DNA from: Candidatus Saccharimonadota bacterium
Lineage (GTDB): Bacteria; Patescibacteriota; Saccharimonadia; Saccharimonadales; UBA10212
Direction of reading: 5' to 3'
Assembly: GCA_016187125.1 (NCBI GenBank)
Contig: JACPKF010000009.1
Span: 11,855-75,854 of the forward strand
DNA length: 64,000 nt
Shown: in pieces, positions 25,330 to 34,593 of the stretch
Position numbering within the stretch: the stretch's first letter is position 1
How the letters are laid out: each line of letters starts with the position of its first letter
The notes under the pieces: model-generated
Told to the model about the DNA's origin: nothing
The model's input: only the letters and a program-made list of their open reading frames with translations
The model's database searches: none
Made by a program: the position numbers and the translations under genes

Positions 25330-25930
25330 AGCCCTAGTTAGCGCGCTAGCTTTTGGTTTTTGGGCCTTTACCGGCCGCCAGGATTATAAAAACAATTTTG
25401 ATAAAAAGGCCTCTGCTGCCGTGGAGCAAGCCAAGGCGACTCAAAAAATCGAACTGCAAAAACAGTTTGACGAGGCCTCCAAATTACCCTACAAGACCTA
25501 CTCGGGATCTGCGACCTATGGTTCGATTACCTTTAACTATCCAAAGACTTGGAGCGTTTACGTTGATGAAAATTCCAGCCAACCTCTTAATGCTTATTTT
25601 TATCCTGACGTGGTGCCCGGCCTCCAAACTAAAATTGCCTTTGCACTGCGGGTAGAGTTGGTGAACTCGGATTATGCGTCGGTTCTTACTTTGCATGACG
25701 CTCAAATCACGGATGGTACCTTGAAGGCTCGAGCTTACGTACCTCCTAAGATGCAAGGAGTAGCCAATATTCAACCGGGTGTCCGGCTAGACGGTACGAT
25801 ATCTCAGGATAAACAAGGCGCCATGGTAGTTATGAAAGTCCGCGATAAGACTTTAACTATCTACGCAGAATCTAAAGACTTCGTGTCAGATTTTAATACT
25901 GTGCTAGAAAGCTTAACCTTCGCCCCCTAA
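25271..25930 (+). CDS. hypothetical membrane-anchored exported protein
   Basis: 219 aa with an N-terminal TM helix (LVVIIILAIALVSALAFGFWAF); no family recognised. Confidence 0.55.
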   Translation: MEPSNKSSTISLVVIIILAIALVSALAFGFWAFTGRQDYKNNFDKKASAAVEQAKATQKIELQKQFDEASKLPYKTYSGSATYGSITFNYPKTWSVYVDENSSQPLNAYFYPDVVPGLQTKIAFALRVELVNSDYASVLTLHDAQITDGTLKARAYVPPKMQGVANIQPGVRLDGTISQDKQGAMVVMKVRDKTLTIYAESKDFVSDFNTVLESLTFAP

Positions 25931-26125
25931 GCCAAAGTTCAACTCCGGTGCATCGTCAATTCTACATCGCCGCCGATTTTCTTTCGGTGCTATACTTAAT
26001 AAATAACTTTCTAGGGGCAGTATTATTCCGGTTAGACCTTGAGGGAGTAACTCAATAGATAAAATTATGTTAATTACTCAAATATCGTTATTCACTCGAC
26101 TAACACCCGGAAAGGCTCTAACGGG

Positions 26126-26872
26126 ATGAGGAAAAAACAGACCAAGTCTGGAGTCGAGGGGTCTAGTCAACTGTACGGGCTACTGGCTGCTTTGTCTGAT
26201 GATTTAGCCCTGCCACTACTGCAAATTAAAAGCGTTTTGGAGCTTATTTCCTCAGACAATTTTTCTAAAGTCAGCGCTTTGGCTCACGCTCAAACCATGC
26301 TACTTAGTGCTGATAATGGCTTGCAGCTAATCGAGGCTTACCGCTTGGTGCTTAAGGCCGCCGATCCCGATAGTAGGCAATTTGAGCCGGTGGCCATCGG
26401 TGCCGTATTACAGGCTGTTGCCCATGAGTTGAGTCCATACGCCAAGAAATATAACACTGCTCTTGAGGTGGACATTCAACGCAGTTTAACTCCTGTTTTA
26501 GTTCATCAGCCCAGCCTAGTTGCAGCGATTCAAGTTTTGAGCTCCAGTATAATTCGGGCTCAAGCCGCAACTAGCCAGCAAAAAAACTATAGGTTGTTGC
26601 TGGCAGCTCATCGAGTGGGCGGCAGCGATGTTTCCGCTGGGGTTTTTAGCAGTGTGCAAGGTCTCAGCGATCGAACGTTGCGCACGGCTCGGGCGCTTAT
26701 GGGTAGGGCGCGCCAACCACTGCCCAGTGTTCCGGCTGGTGCCGCCAGTGGCGTACTTATTGCCGACATGCTATGCACTGCTATGTGGCAACCGCTCAGG
26801 GCAGCTGCTCACGGTGGCCTACACGGCTTAGTCACCGCCGTACCGATTAGCAAACAACTCCAATTCGTCTAA
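26126..26872 (+). CDS. degenerate histidine-kinase-like protein (phospho-acceptor His and N/G boxes not conserved)
   Basis: LSDDLALPLL occupies the place of the H-box SHELRTPL, and the ATPase-like region lacks Asn/Gly boxes. GC-rich relative to its neighbours. Confidence 0.5.
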   Translation: MRKKQTKSGVEGSSQLYGLLAALSDDLALPLLQIKSVLELISSDNFSKVSALAHAQTMLLSADNGLQLIEAYRLVLKAADPDSRQFEPVAIGAVLQAVAHELSPYAKKYNTALEVDIQRSLTPVLVHQPSLVAAIQVLSSSIIRAQAATSQQKNYRLLLAAHRVGGSDVSAGVFSSVQGLSDRTLRTARALMGRARQPLPSVPAGAASGVLIADMLCTAMWQPLRAAAHGGLHGLVTAVPISKQLQFV

Positions 26873-26993
26873 AAATGCACAGCATTTTTGGCAATATGCA
26901 AAAGGCAATAAGCAATAAGCACTGGGAGAACAGCCTGGCTGCCAACTTTTTGCATATTACATTTTACTTTTTGCTGCGGTCGGAGCTCGATTA

Positions 26994-27380
26994 GTGGCGC
27001 GCATTTTATTAATTGAATCTGACCATATACTAGCCGATGGGATTATAAGAATTTTGGCCCAGGATGGCCATAATGTTGATTGGCACGTCGAGCTGCAGGC
27101 TGCTACCGACAGTGCTGATAAAAAAGCTCCTCAGCTTATCATCATTGATTTAATGCTTGGAGGCCGTAGCGGAGTAGAATTTTTATACGAGTTGCGCAGC
27201 TACCCGGAATGGCACAAGTTGCCAGTTGTAGTTTATTCCAATATTGAGCCGGAAGAATTTGCTGCAAGTAACTTTGGTTTTGCGCAGCTTGAAATTGCCG
27301 CTTATCATTACAAATCAGCTACCTCCTTAAGACAGTTAAAAGATTCGATCAGGACCGTTTTGCAAAGCGTTCGTGTATGA
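26994..27380 (+). CDS. single-domain response regulator (receiver only)
   Basis: 128 aa CheY-like protein with acidic ESD, phospho-acceptor D in IIIDLML, then a conserved S and K. Confidence 0.8.
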   Translation: MARILLIESDHILADGIIRILAQDGHNVDWHVELQAATDSADKKAPQLIIIDLMLGGRSGVEFLYELRSYPEWHKLPVVVYSNIEPEEFAASNFGFAQLEIAAYHYKSATSLRQLKDSIRTVLQSVRV

Positions 27381-27486
27381 GTCCCGTTAGATCCCAAAAG
27401 ACGGTCGTAAATACGGTGGCGGCTGAATCCTGCAACCGCTCTTCAACCGTTGACCAAGCACAGAAGGTTAAGTGGAATCTAACGGG

Positions 27487-28179
27487 ATGAGACATATCAC
27501 AACCCGGGGAATTGTACTGAGCCGAACTGATTTTGGGGAAGCCGACCGCATATTAATATTTTTAACTCCCGACCATGGCAAGGTCCGGGCCATAGCCAAA
27601 AGCGTCAGAAAAAGCCAAAGCAAATTAGCCGGCAGCATTGAAATCTTTAGCGTTAGTGAGGTAACTTTAGTCCAGGGCAGGGGCGAGCTAAAAATCTTAA
27701 TTTCGGCACGGCTGGATAAGCATTTTGGCAATATCGTCAAAGATATTGAGCGGACTAACCTGGCTTACGATTTTATGAACCTGCTCAACCGGGCAACCGA
27801 GGACCAACCAGAACCGGCCTATTTTGAGCTGCTGCGTGAGTCGTTTGGAGCACTTGATAACTCAGAAACAGACATGGCGCTAACTAGCCTTTGGTTTAAT
27901 ATGCAGCTTCTCAAATTGGCTGGCCATATGCCAAATTTACGAACCGACGGTAGCGGAGCCAAATTACAGGTTAGGAAGACCTACACTATTGACTTGGAGC
28001 GAATGCTTTTGCAGCCGTCCCGAAACGGTAGTTTGAGCGCCAATCACATAAAGTTTTTGCGAGTTGGCTTTGCCGCGCGCCGCCCCAAAGTCCTGCAACG
28101 CGTTCAGGAGGCAGGCGTCCTTGCCGCTATTTGCCAGCCGCTTGTCCAAGCTATGCTCAAATCCCACATTCGGATATAA
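27487..28179 (+). CDS. recO: DNA repair protein RecO
   Basis: RecO-like N-terminal OB pattern (GIVLSRTDFGEADRILIFLT). ATG 27487 is preferred to the track start at 27472. Confidence 0.8.
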   Translation: MRHITTRGIVLSRTDFGEADRILIFLTPDHGKVRAIAKSVRKSQSKLAGSIEIFSVSEVTLVQGRGELKILISARLDKHFGNIVKDIERTNLAYDFMNLLNRATEDQPEPAYFELLRESFGALDNSETDMALTSLWFNMQLLKLAGHMPNLRTDGSGAKLQVRKTYTIDLERMLLQPSRNGSLSANHIKFLRVGFAARRPKVLQRVQEAGVLAAICQPLVQAMLKSHIRI

Positions 28180-28249
28180 ATATCCGGACCTAAATTTTAT
28201 TGCTACTAAAACAAACGACCGTTAATTTTGGTAGCAGAAAATAACAGAT

Positions 28250-28819
28250 TTAAATGAAATCGAACTTCTGCTTTAGTTTTTTCTGATTATCAATATGGAT
28301 CACTTCAACATAACTAATATAGCTATCGACATCATAATAAGCAGCAACCGTTTCGATGATTTCCCGGCAAGGGAAGGGGTGCAGCCAAGCACTTTTCTGG
28401 AGCTGATAAAAATCCAGTTGTTTCAATTTATTCATAAAGGAAATACGTGAGTGCCTTATATCTTCGGGAATATCGAAAAAAACAAGCCGCCATTTATGGT
28501 CCCAGGCGTCGGGTCTATTGATAGAAATCTTATCAAACTCTATCTTTTTTAATCTCTTTCGCCCTTTAGGCGTAATTTGTAGGCCGTGTTGGTAGTCGCC
28601 ACGTATTAATTGTTTTGTTTTCATGTAGCTGATGGTGTGCCGCATTTCTCGTTCACGCTGTCTTTTATCAAGTTGTTCCCAAAACATATCGAGAGGTTTC
28701 TCTAGTGCCACAAGTAAGTTTGGGATCAGTAGTCCTCCAGCAATCGAACTGCCGGTGACGAGGAAATTTAAAGTTCCGTCAACAATAGCCGCTGTTCTGT
28801 CTCTCTTGTCCATTTGCAT
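28250..28819 (-). CDS. PaaX-like / Cas2-fold domain protein with N-terminal hydrophobic segment
   Basis: WDHKWRLVFFDIPE ... R ... L ... F ... LQKSAWLHP pattern. Family call is by eye only. Confidence 0.55.
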   Translation of the reverse strand: MQMDKRDRTAAIVDGTLNFLVTGSSIAGGLLIPNLLVALEKPLDMFWEQLDKRQREREMRHTISYMKTKQLIRGDYQHGLQITPKGRKRLKKIEFDKISINRPDAWDHKWRLVFFDIPEDIRHSRISFMNKLKQLDFYQLQKSAWLHPFPCREIIETVAAYYDVDSYISYVEVIHIDNQKKLKQKFDFI

Positions 28820-28909
28820 ATTATTCTACTACTTTTTTGAACGACCGTTAATTTTAGTAGGAGATGTGATGTACTAAACAATAGGGTTCGGATATAATCT
28901 GTAACTAAG

Positions 28910-30238
28910 ATGAGTGTGAAGTTAGATGATATTGTTAGCTTGTGTAAGAGACGAGGCTTTATTTATCAGGGCAGTGAGATTTATGGCGGGCTGGCTGGTA
29001 CGTGGGATTATGGCCCGCTGGGTGTAGCTCTCAAACGCAACATCGTTAATGCCTGGCTTAAATATTTTGTTGATGGCTGGGACGACATGTACCTAATAGA
29101 CAGCGCTATTTTGATGAACCAGAAAGTCTGGCAGGCCAGCGGCCATGTTAATACTTTCCATGATCCGCTGGTGGAATGCAGTAACTGTCATATGCGCTAC
29201 CGCGCTGATAAAATAGACGCTGATAAATGCCCCAACTGCGGCAGGGCCAAGACTTTTGGCAAGCCGCGGCTCTTTAACATGATGTTTAAAACCAATGTCG
29301 GTCCGGTGGATGATGAATCCAGTACTACATATTTACGGGCCGAAACGGCGCAGGGGATGTTTACTAACTTCAAAAATATTGTTGATAGTTTTCAGCCGGA
29401 TTTACCGTTTGGTTTAGCTCAAGTTGGTCGAGCCTTTCGCAACGAAATCAGTCCCCGCGATTTTCTGTTCCGCACAAAAGAGTTCGAAATTATGGAGTTT
29501 GAGTTTTTTATTAAGCCGGATGAGTGGGAAAAGAATTTTGAAAAGTGGCACAAAGATTTTTACAGTTGGTTTAAATATATCGGTCTGCCTAAAGATAAAA
29601 TCAAAGAAATTGAAGTTCCGGCCAGTGACCGAGCGCACTATAGTAAACGCACCATAGACTTTCATTTCGATTTTCCATCTCTGGGCTATGACGAAATCGC
29701 CGGATTGGCTTACCGCACCGATTTTGATCTTAAAAACCACCAAAAAGTTTCTGGCAAAAATCTGGAATATAGGCCTAAGGACGGCGGCAAGCCATTTATC
29801 CCGCACGTTATTGAACCGACTTGGGGCTTGGATCGGCATGTTCTGGCAGTGCTGGCAAATGCTTACTCAGAGGACATGGTGGGCGACCCTTCGACAAGCT
29901 CAGGGCAAGAAAAACGAATATTCTTGAAGTTGCCGGATAAATTAGCACCGGTTAAGGTTGCTGTTTTCCCACTACTCAAGAACAAGCCGGAACTGGTCAA
30001 AAAAGCCCGCGAAGTTTATAAACAGCTGAAAAAAGAAATCCGTGGAACAGTAATGTTTGACGACAACGGCAACATCGGTAAAAGGTACAGACGCCAAGAT
30101 GAAATCGGCACTCCGTACTGCGTAACCATAGATTTTCAAACTCTAGAAGACAATACGGTCACATTGCGCAATCGCGATACCACTGAACAGAAGAGGTGCA
30201 AAATAGAAGCACTCTCGAAGGCTACCAATGGCAGCTAG
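28910..30238 (+). CDS. glyQS: glycine-tRNA ligase (dimeric class II type)
   Basis: RGFIYQGSEIYGGLAGTWDYGPLG N-terminus, class II motifs and a C-terminal anticodon-binding domain. Confidence 0.93.
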   Translation: MSVKLDDIVSLCKRRGFIYQGSEIYGGLAGTWDYGPLGVALKRNIVNAWLKYFVDGWDDMYLIDSAILMNQKVWQASGHVNTFHDPLVECSNCHMRYRADKIDADKCPNCGRAKTFGKPRLFNMMFKTNVGPVDDESSTTYLRAETAQGMFTNFKNIVDSFQPDLPFGLAQVGRAFRNEISPRDFLFRTKEFEIMEFEFFIKPDEWEKNFEKWHKDFYSWFKYIGLPKDKIKEIEVPASDRAHYSKRTIDFHFDFPSLGYDEIAGLAYRTDFDLKNHQKVSGKNLEYRPKDGGKPFIPHVIEPTWGLDRHVLAVLANAYSEDMVGDPSTSSGQEKRIFLKLPDKLAPVKVAVFPLLKNKPELVKKAREVYKQLKKEIRGTVMFDDNGNIGKRYRRQDEIGTPYCVTIDFQTLEDNTVTLRNRDTTEQKRCKIEALSKATNGS

Positions 30239-30947
30239 AAGAGTCTCGAGGTTGGTGGTAGAAATACGCCGAGAAAAAAATTGGTTTCATTTTAACGACA
30301 TAAGAGGATCCCTCGTTGACTTAGCAGGGACCCATGGCTTTGAAAAAATTAAAATGAGCGAAGGAGCATTCACTGTCATCAGTGGTGACTCACAGCATAA
30401 GATATTTATGTCGACTGCGAGCGTAGGTATACAAGTTGATGCAATTCAAAAAATTGACGAAGCTGAAAATTTGCTGGAAACGCTTTATAAATTGCTTGAA
30501 TCCAACTTCCTCAATAAGTCTTTCGGTAATGTAAGATTAGGCACGAAAATAACGACTCTTTTCAGCCCTAAGACCCAAGACATTAACAAAGTTAAAAGAC
30601 TATTTCGAGATAAATTGATGAAGAACTATATTGACGTAGAAGACAGTCTCGGTGTCGATATTGACGACTACGCCTTTGAGTCATTTGACGCAAAATACAA
30701 TGGAAGAAGTTTAAATTTTACTCTAGGTCCAGTTACTACCGAAGAGGCAGTAGGTAAATTTTTTCATGAAAAACTTTATTCTGAAAAATTTGACGCAAAA
30801 ACTGCGTATTTTGCAGAGTTTGACCTTTTTATAACCGAGTTGAAAATTAAAAAAATAAGCGAAATAAAAGAGAATATCTCAAAAAATATGAGCTACCTAG
30901 GGGAGCTTCAAAATAACTTTGAGGGGGTATTCTCGAATGGCTCTTAA
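30228..30947 (+). CDS. hypothetical protein (AT-rich cassette, gene 1)
   Basis: 239 aa. The start overlaps the glyQS stop. No motif recognised with confidence. Confidence 0.5.
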   Translation: MAARRVSRLVVEIRREKNWFHFNDIRGSLVDLAGTHGFEKIKMSEGAFTVISGDSQHKIFMSTASVGIQVDAIQKIDEAENLLETLYKLLESNFLNKSFGNVRLGTKITTLFSPKTQDINKVKRLFRDKLMKNYIDVEDSLGVDIDDYAFESFDAKYNGRSLNFTLGPVTTEEAVGKFFHEKLYSEKFDAKTAYFAEFDLFITELKIKKISEIKENISKNMSYLGELQNNFEGVFSNGS

Positions 30948-31302
30948 GGACTACGGTACAGATTTTAAGAGTACAGCTGATGCTAATGAAGTGGTTGCAC
31001 GTGCATCTGAAGCAGAAGCATATAGAACTTCACGTGGTAGGGAGACGTCTTCAGTCTCTGCCGAGAAAGACTATGGGTTAGGTATCGTCAATGAATTGAT
31101 CGGAAGGATTAAAGCCTCTTTTCCAGAATTTTTTTTGGCCGCCAGCTTCATCGGGTTTGTAGTAATGGTCACATTCGGGAAACTTTCGTTAAATTTTAAA
31201 AATATAGGCTACTATTTTTTTACTATATTCGCACTGTTCCTGTTATATATTATTGCAAAAATTATTGATAAATTTATTTTCAGAAAATTTTTTAATGACT
31301 GA
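30937..31302 (+). CDS. small protein with two C-terminal TM helices (AT-rich cassette, gene 2)
   Basis: GAGGGGG lies 9 nt upstream of ATG 30937. Overlaps gene 1 by 11 nt. Soluble N-terminal half, then FFLAASFIGFVVMVTF and YYFFTIFALFLLYIIAKII. Confidence 0.55.
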   Translation: MALKDYGTDFKSTADANEVVARASEAEAYRTSRGRETSSVSAEKDYGLGIVNELIGRIKASFPEFFLAASFIGFVVMVTFGKLSLNFKNIGYYFFTIFALFLLYIIAKIIDKFIFRKFFND

Positions 31303-31349
31303 AGCACAGCGAGCCTGAATTACAAAAAAACAGAGTAAAATAAAATCAA

Positions 31350-31961
31350 ATGGAACTTGTAGATCTGTCAGTTGTAATTAACGAAGACACGCCAGTTTAC
31401 CCGGGAGATCCGAAGGTTAAAATCCGGCCCCTGGGTGTTTTTGAGAAGGATAGTTACAACGACCATTTGATCACTATACCCAATCACGTTGGTACTCATA
31501 TAGATGCGCCATGGCACATGGTTGCGAATGGCAAGACTCTGGACCAAATACCGATAGATCAGTTTGTTGGCCGCGGCCGGCTTATACAGGTTGAAAATAA
31601 AAAGTTTGATCTAGCGGCAGTTAAGAAAGCCAAGATCAGGCAAGGGGACATAGTCTTATTCCGTACCGGCATGAGCGATGTTTACCATAAAAGTGAATAC
31701 TTTAATTATCCAGAAATGCCGCCAGAAATTGCTAATTACTTGGTAGGCGCTAAGGTCAAAATGGTCGGCGTGGATATGATCAGCCCCGATAAGCAACCCT
31801 ACAAAATACACAGAATTTTGCTTAGCGCAGATGTTTTGATTATCGAAAATTTAACTAACCTTGAACAATTAGTCGGCAAAGAATTTACCATTTACGCCCT
31901 ACCAATTAAACTCCAGCTCGACGGCGCCCCCGCCCGAGTAATTGCCCAAATTGATGACTAA
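31350..31961 (+). CDS. cyclase-family protein (kynurenine formamidase-like)
   Basis: HVGTHIDAPWH metal-binding motif. Confidence 0.8.
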   Translation: MELVDLSVVINEDTPVYPGDPKVKIRPLGVFEKDSYNDHLITIPNHVGTHIDAPWHMVANGKTLDQIPIDQFVGRGRLIQVENKKFDLAAVKKAKIRQGDIVLFRTGMSDVYHKSEYFNYPEMPPEIANYLVGAKVKMVGVDMISPDKQPYKIHRILLSADVLIIENLTNLEQLVGKEFTIYALPIKLQLDGAPARVIAQIDD

Positions 31962-32187
31962 AAAGGTTATTGTCCACGTAAAACCGGGCAGTAAAAAAGG
32001 GCCGCTGGTCGTGTCAGCTCCAAATGGTGATTTAGTTATTTATGTTCGCCAAGCGGCGCTAGATGGGGAAGCTAACAAAGCCGCTCAAGAACTCCTTGCT
32101 CAACATTTTGGGGTGCCTAAGACTAACGTGCAACTAATTTCCGGCAAAAAATCTAAACTCAAACAATTCAAAATAATGATTAACTAG
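31954..32187 (+). CDS. DUF167/YggU-family small protein
   Basis: VKPGSKK ... DGEANKA ... SGKKSKLK pattern. ATG 31954 overlaps the upstream stop. Confidence 0.7.
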   Translation: MTKKVIVHVKPGSKKGPLVVSAPNGDLVIYVRQAALDGEANKAAQELLAQHFGVPKTNVQLISGKKSKLKQFKIMIN

Positions 32188-32354
32188 AAACAGAAGCAAT
32201 ATACTCGTAACAAAATCCAGCGATCGCTGAATTTTGTTACACGATCTATCAGATATAAATCTAACAATACCTAAGGAAACGTGGATAAAAATAGGTTTTT
32301 AGATTCACGGGTATATAGTTCAAGCTGGATCCTAGAATGCGTTATTATTAAAGA

Positions 32355-32825
32355 ATGCTAAATTGTGTTTTTGAGGATGGCGCTCAAGTCTTGCTGCGCC
32401 ATGTTACGGCCGACACTATAATTATTAAAGATGGCAAAATCTTGTTAGTAAAAAGGACAGGCAAATTACTAGAATCTGGCAAGTGGGCGCTGGCCGGCGG
32501 ATTTATGGATCGGGACGAAACAATTGCCGAGGCTGCTACTCGAGAAGTCATGGAAGAAACCGGTTGGAAAATAAAAGACCTGACACTGCTAAGGATTAAT
32601 GATCGGCCTAACAGACCTATGGAGGACAGACAAAATATTGAGTTTGTTCATTTTGCCACTGCGATCGAGAAAATCGGCAAAGCTGACGCGGAATCAAGTG
32701 AACAAAAATGGTTTGATCTTGATAAACTGCCTCCGGCTGAGGAAATAGCTTTTGATCACGCCGATAATATTGAACTTTACAAAAAGTACCTAAAAACCCC
32801 TTTTGGGCTGCCGGTTATAGGCTAA
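32355..32825 (+). CDS. NUDIX hydrolase
   Basis: Nudix box GGFMDRDETIAEAATREVMEETG. Confidence 0.85.
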   Translation: MLNCVFEDGAQVLLRHVTADTIIIKDGKILLVKRTGKLLESGKWALAGGFMDRDETIAEAATREVMEETGWKIKDLTLLRINDRPNRPMEDRQNIEFVHFATAIEKIGKADAESSEQKWFDLDKLPPAEEIAFDHADNIELYKKYLKTPFGLPVIG

Positions 32826-32835
32826 TTTTCAGACT

Positions 32836-33162
32836 ATGGCCTACGATACACATTTGGAAGCAGGAATCGATAAACTGACTTTGCAGTGGGGACTCGGCAA
32901 AAAGCCAATGTTTGGCGGACTTGGATATTTTTTAGGTGGCAACATGTGCTTTGGTATCCATAAGGATGAACTAATTGTACGAGCCACCGAAGAGCAGGGC
33001 AAAGAGCTTTTAAAAGAACCAGGCATGCGTCCTTTTGACATGAGTCGCCATCCCATGAAAACCTGGTTTATGGGCGGCGGCAATGCGATAAGTGATAGCA
33101 ACAACCTACTTAAATTATTAGAAATTGGCCGGGACTACGCCCTAAATCTGCCGCCTAAATAA
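32836..33162 (+). CDS. TfoX N-terminal-domain-like protein
   Basis: 108 aa with a KKPMFGGLGYFLGGNMCFGI pattern. Confidence 0.6.
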   Translation: MAYDTHLEAGIDKLTLQWGLGKKPMFGGLGYFLGGNMCFGIHKDELIVRATEEQGKELLKEPGMRPFDMSRHPMKTWFMGGGNAISDSNNLLKLLEIGRDYALNLPPK

Positions 33163-33184
33163 GTTTTAGAATATACTATAGGTA

Positions 33185-33871
33185 ATGGACAAATCGAAGC
33201 AGCCGCAAATCTATGCCTTTATTGACAGCCAAAACCTTAATGTCAGCACTCAAAAGTTCGGCTGGAAAATGGATTGGCGTAAATTCCGAGAATTCCTGGC
33301 AGCTAAATACGGCGTCACTAAGGCCTATATGTTCATTGGTTATGTGCCGGAATTTCAAGAAATGTATGAATTTTTGCATGATGCCGGCTTTGCCATTGTG
33401 CTTAAACCGACTTTTGATGTGACTCGACCATACACCGGCACAGGCTCTGCGGGTTTGGATGGAGTGCAAGGCGCAGGCGAGCAGCGGACTGAATCGTATA
33501 TGCAATACGGTGAAGGAGCAGCAAAGCCTGCAACGCCGCAATCCGCCAAAAGCGACAGCGGTGTCGGCGGCTCCGCTGACGAGCAGGCTGGCGCGGCCCG
33601 CAAGCCTGTGAAGGGCAATGTCGATGCCGACTTAGTTCTTTGGACAATGAAGGAAATGAAAAATTATGACAAAGCCGTTATAGTATCGGGCGACGGAGAT
33701 TTTTATAGCTTGATAGAATATTTGGAAAAAGAAAATAAGTTGCTTAAGCTTTTAACGCCATCAATTCATTATTCGGGACTGCTAAAGCCGTTTGAGGCTT
33801 ACATAGAACAACTTGGTCAGTACCGCCGCGAACTCAATTACCGCAGCAAAAAAACCAGTCCCAGAAAGTAG
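33185..33871 (+). CDS. NYN/LabA-like nuclease-domain protein carrying a GC-rich in-frame insertion
   Basis: IYAFIDSQNL, KGNVDADLV and VIVSGDGDF motifs. About 60 extra residues fall between the second and third conserved blocks. Confidence 0.75.
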   Translation: MDKSKQPQIYAFIDSQNLNVSTQKFGWKMDWRKFREFLAAKYGVTKAYMFIGYVPEFQEMYEFLHDAGFAIVLKPTFDVTRPYTGTGSAGLDGVQGAGEQRTESYMQYGEGAAKPATPQSAKSDSGVGGSADEQAGAARKPVKGNVDADLVLWTMKEMKNYDKAVIVSGDGDFYSLIEYLEKENKLLKLLTPSIHYSGLLKPFEAYIEQLGQYRRELNYRSKKTSPRK

Positions 33872-33879
33872 GACTGAGT

Positions 33880-34473
33880 ATGAGTCAATTAACGGCTGCA
33901 CAGCTAGCCAAGATGGGCATAGATGCAAATGCCCAGATAGAGACTTGGCAAAGTATTTATAAAAAATCGGTTAAGCTGGCCGATATGATAGCCAAATCCT
34001 GCAAGCATATTAAGCCGGCCGAGCTCTTTGATAAAGTTGTGACAATTCCTAAAGGCGGTCTGTATCCGGCTAATATAGTTACTAGGGAGATTGGCTGCCG
34101 GAGCATCGATATTTTGACAGCTGCCATGGGTTCTTATCCGCCTGGCTCTAACCACCGCCAAAAAATTACTTATGGCCAGCTGCCAAGCCGCGATGATATT
34201 GAAGGTAAAAACATACTGATAATTGATGAAGTTTGCGACAGCGGCAGAACGCTCCTAGACTTAGTTAATAGACTCAAAAGACTGGGTGCCAAGCAAATTA
34301 AAACCGGGGTGTTGCACTACAAACCCGGTAAAAACGAAACCGGTTTTATACCCAATTGGTACGTCGAAGCAACTGACAACTGGATCGTTTATCCGTGGGA
34401 GATTAATGAGTTTAAGGGCCGCAACTCACGCCCTCGGGCTATGAAAAAACCAGCCTGGTCTGATAGAACCTAG
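33880..34473 (+). CDS. purine phosphoribosyltransferase family protein
   Basis: PRPP-binding motif ILIIDEVCDSGRTL. Confidence 0.8.
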   Translation: MSQLTAAQLAKMGIDANAQIETWQSIYKKSVKLADMIAKSCKHIKPAELFDKVVTIPKGGLYPANIVTREIGCRSIDILTAAMGSYPPGSNHRQKITYGQLPSRDDIEGKNILIIDEVCDSGRTLLDLVNRLKRLGAKQIKTGVLHYKPGKNETGFIPNWYVEATDNWIVYPWEINEFKGRNSRPRAMKKPAWSDRT

Positions 34474-34593
34474 CATAAATTGACCTCTTGAATCTAAGTG
34501 GGAATCGGAAGGTGAGCCTTAGTCGAAGGGTGATGTTCGAATTGACAGATTAGCTCAAATATTGTAAATTTATCATCACAAAGGACTTTTTAC

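Noticed and set aside
29871-29915. Palindromic in-frame insertion in glyQS (MVGDPSTSSGQEK; GACCCTTCGACAAGCTCAGGGC)
   Set aside because: The region is naturally variable in length among dimeric GlyRS enzymes. The excess over S. aureus is only about 6 residues by my recollection, and the stem is only 4 bp. The evidence is too weak.
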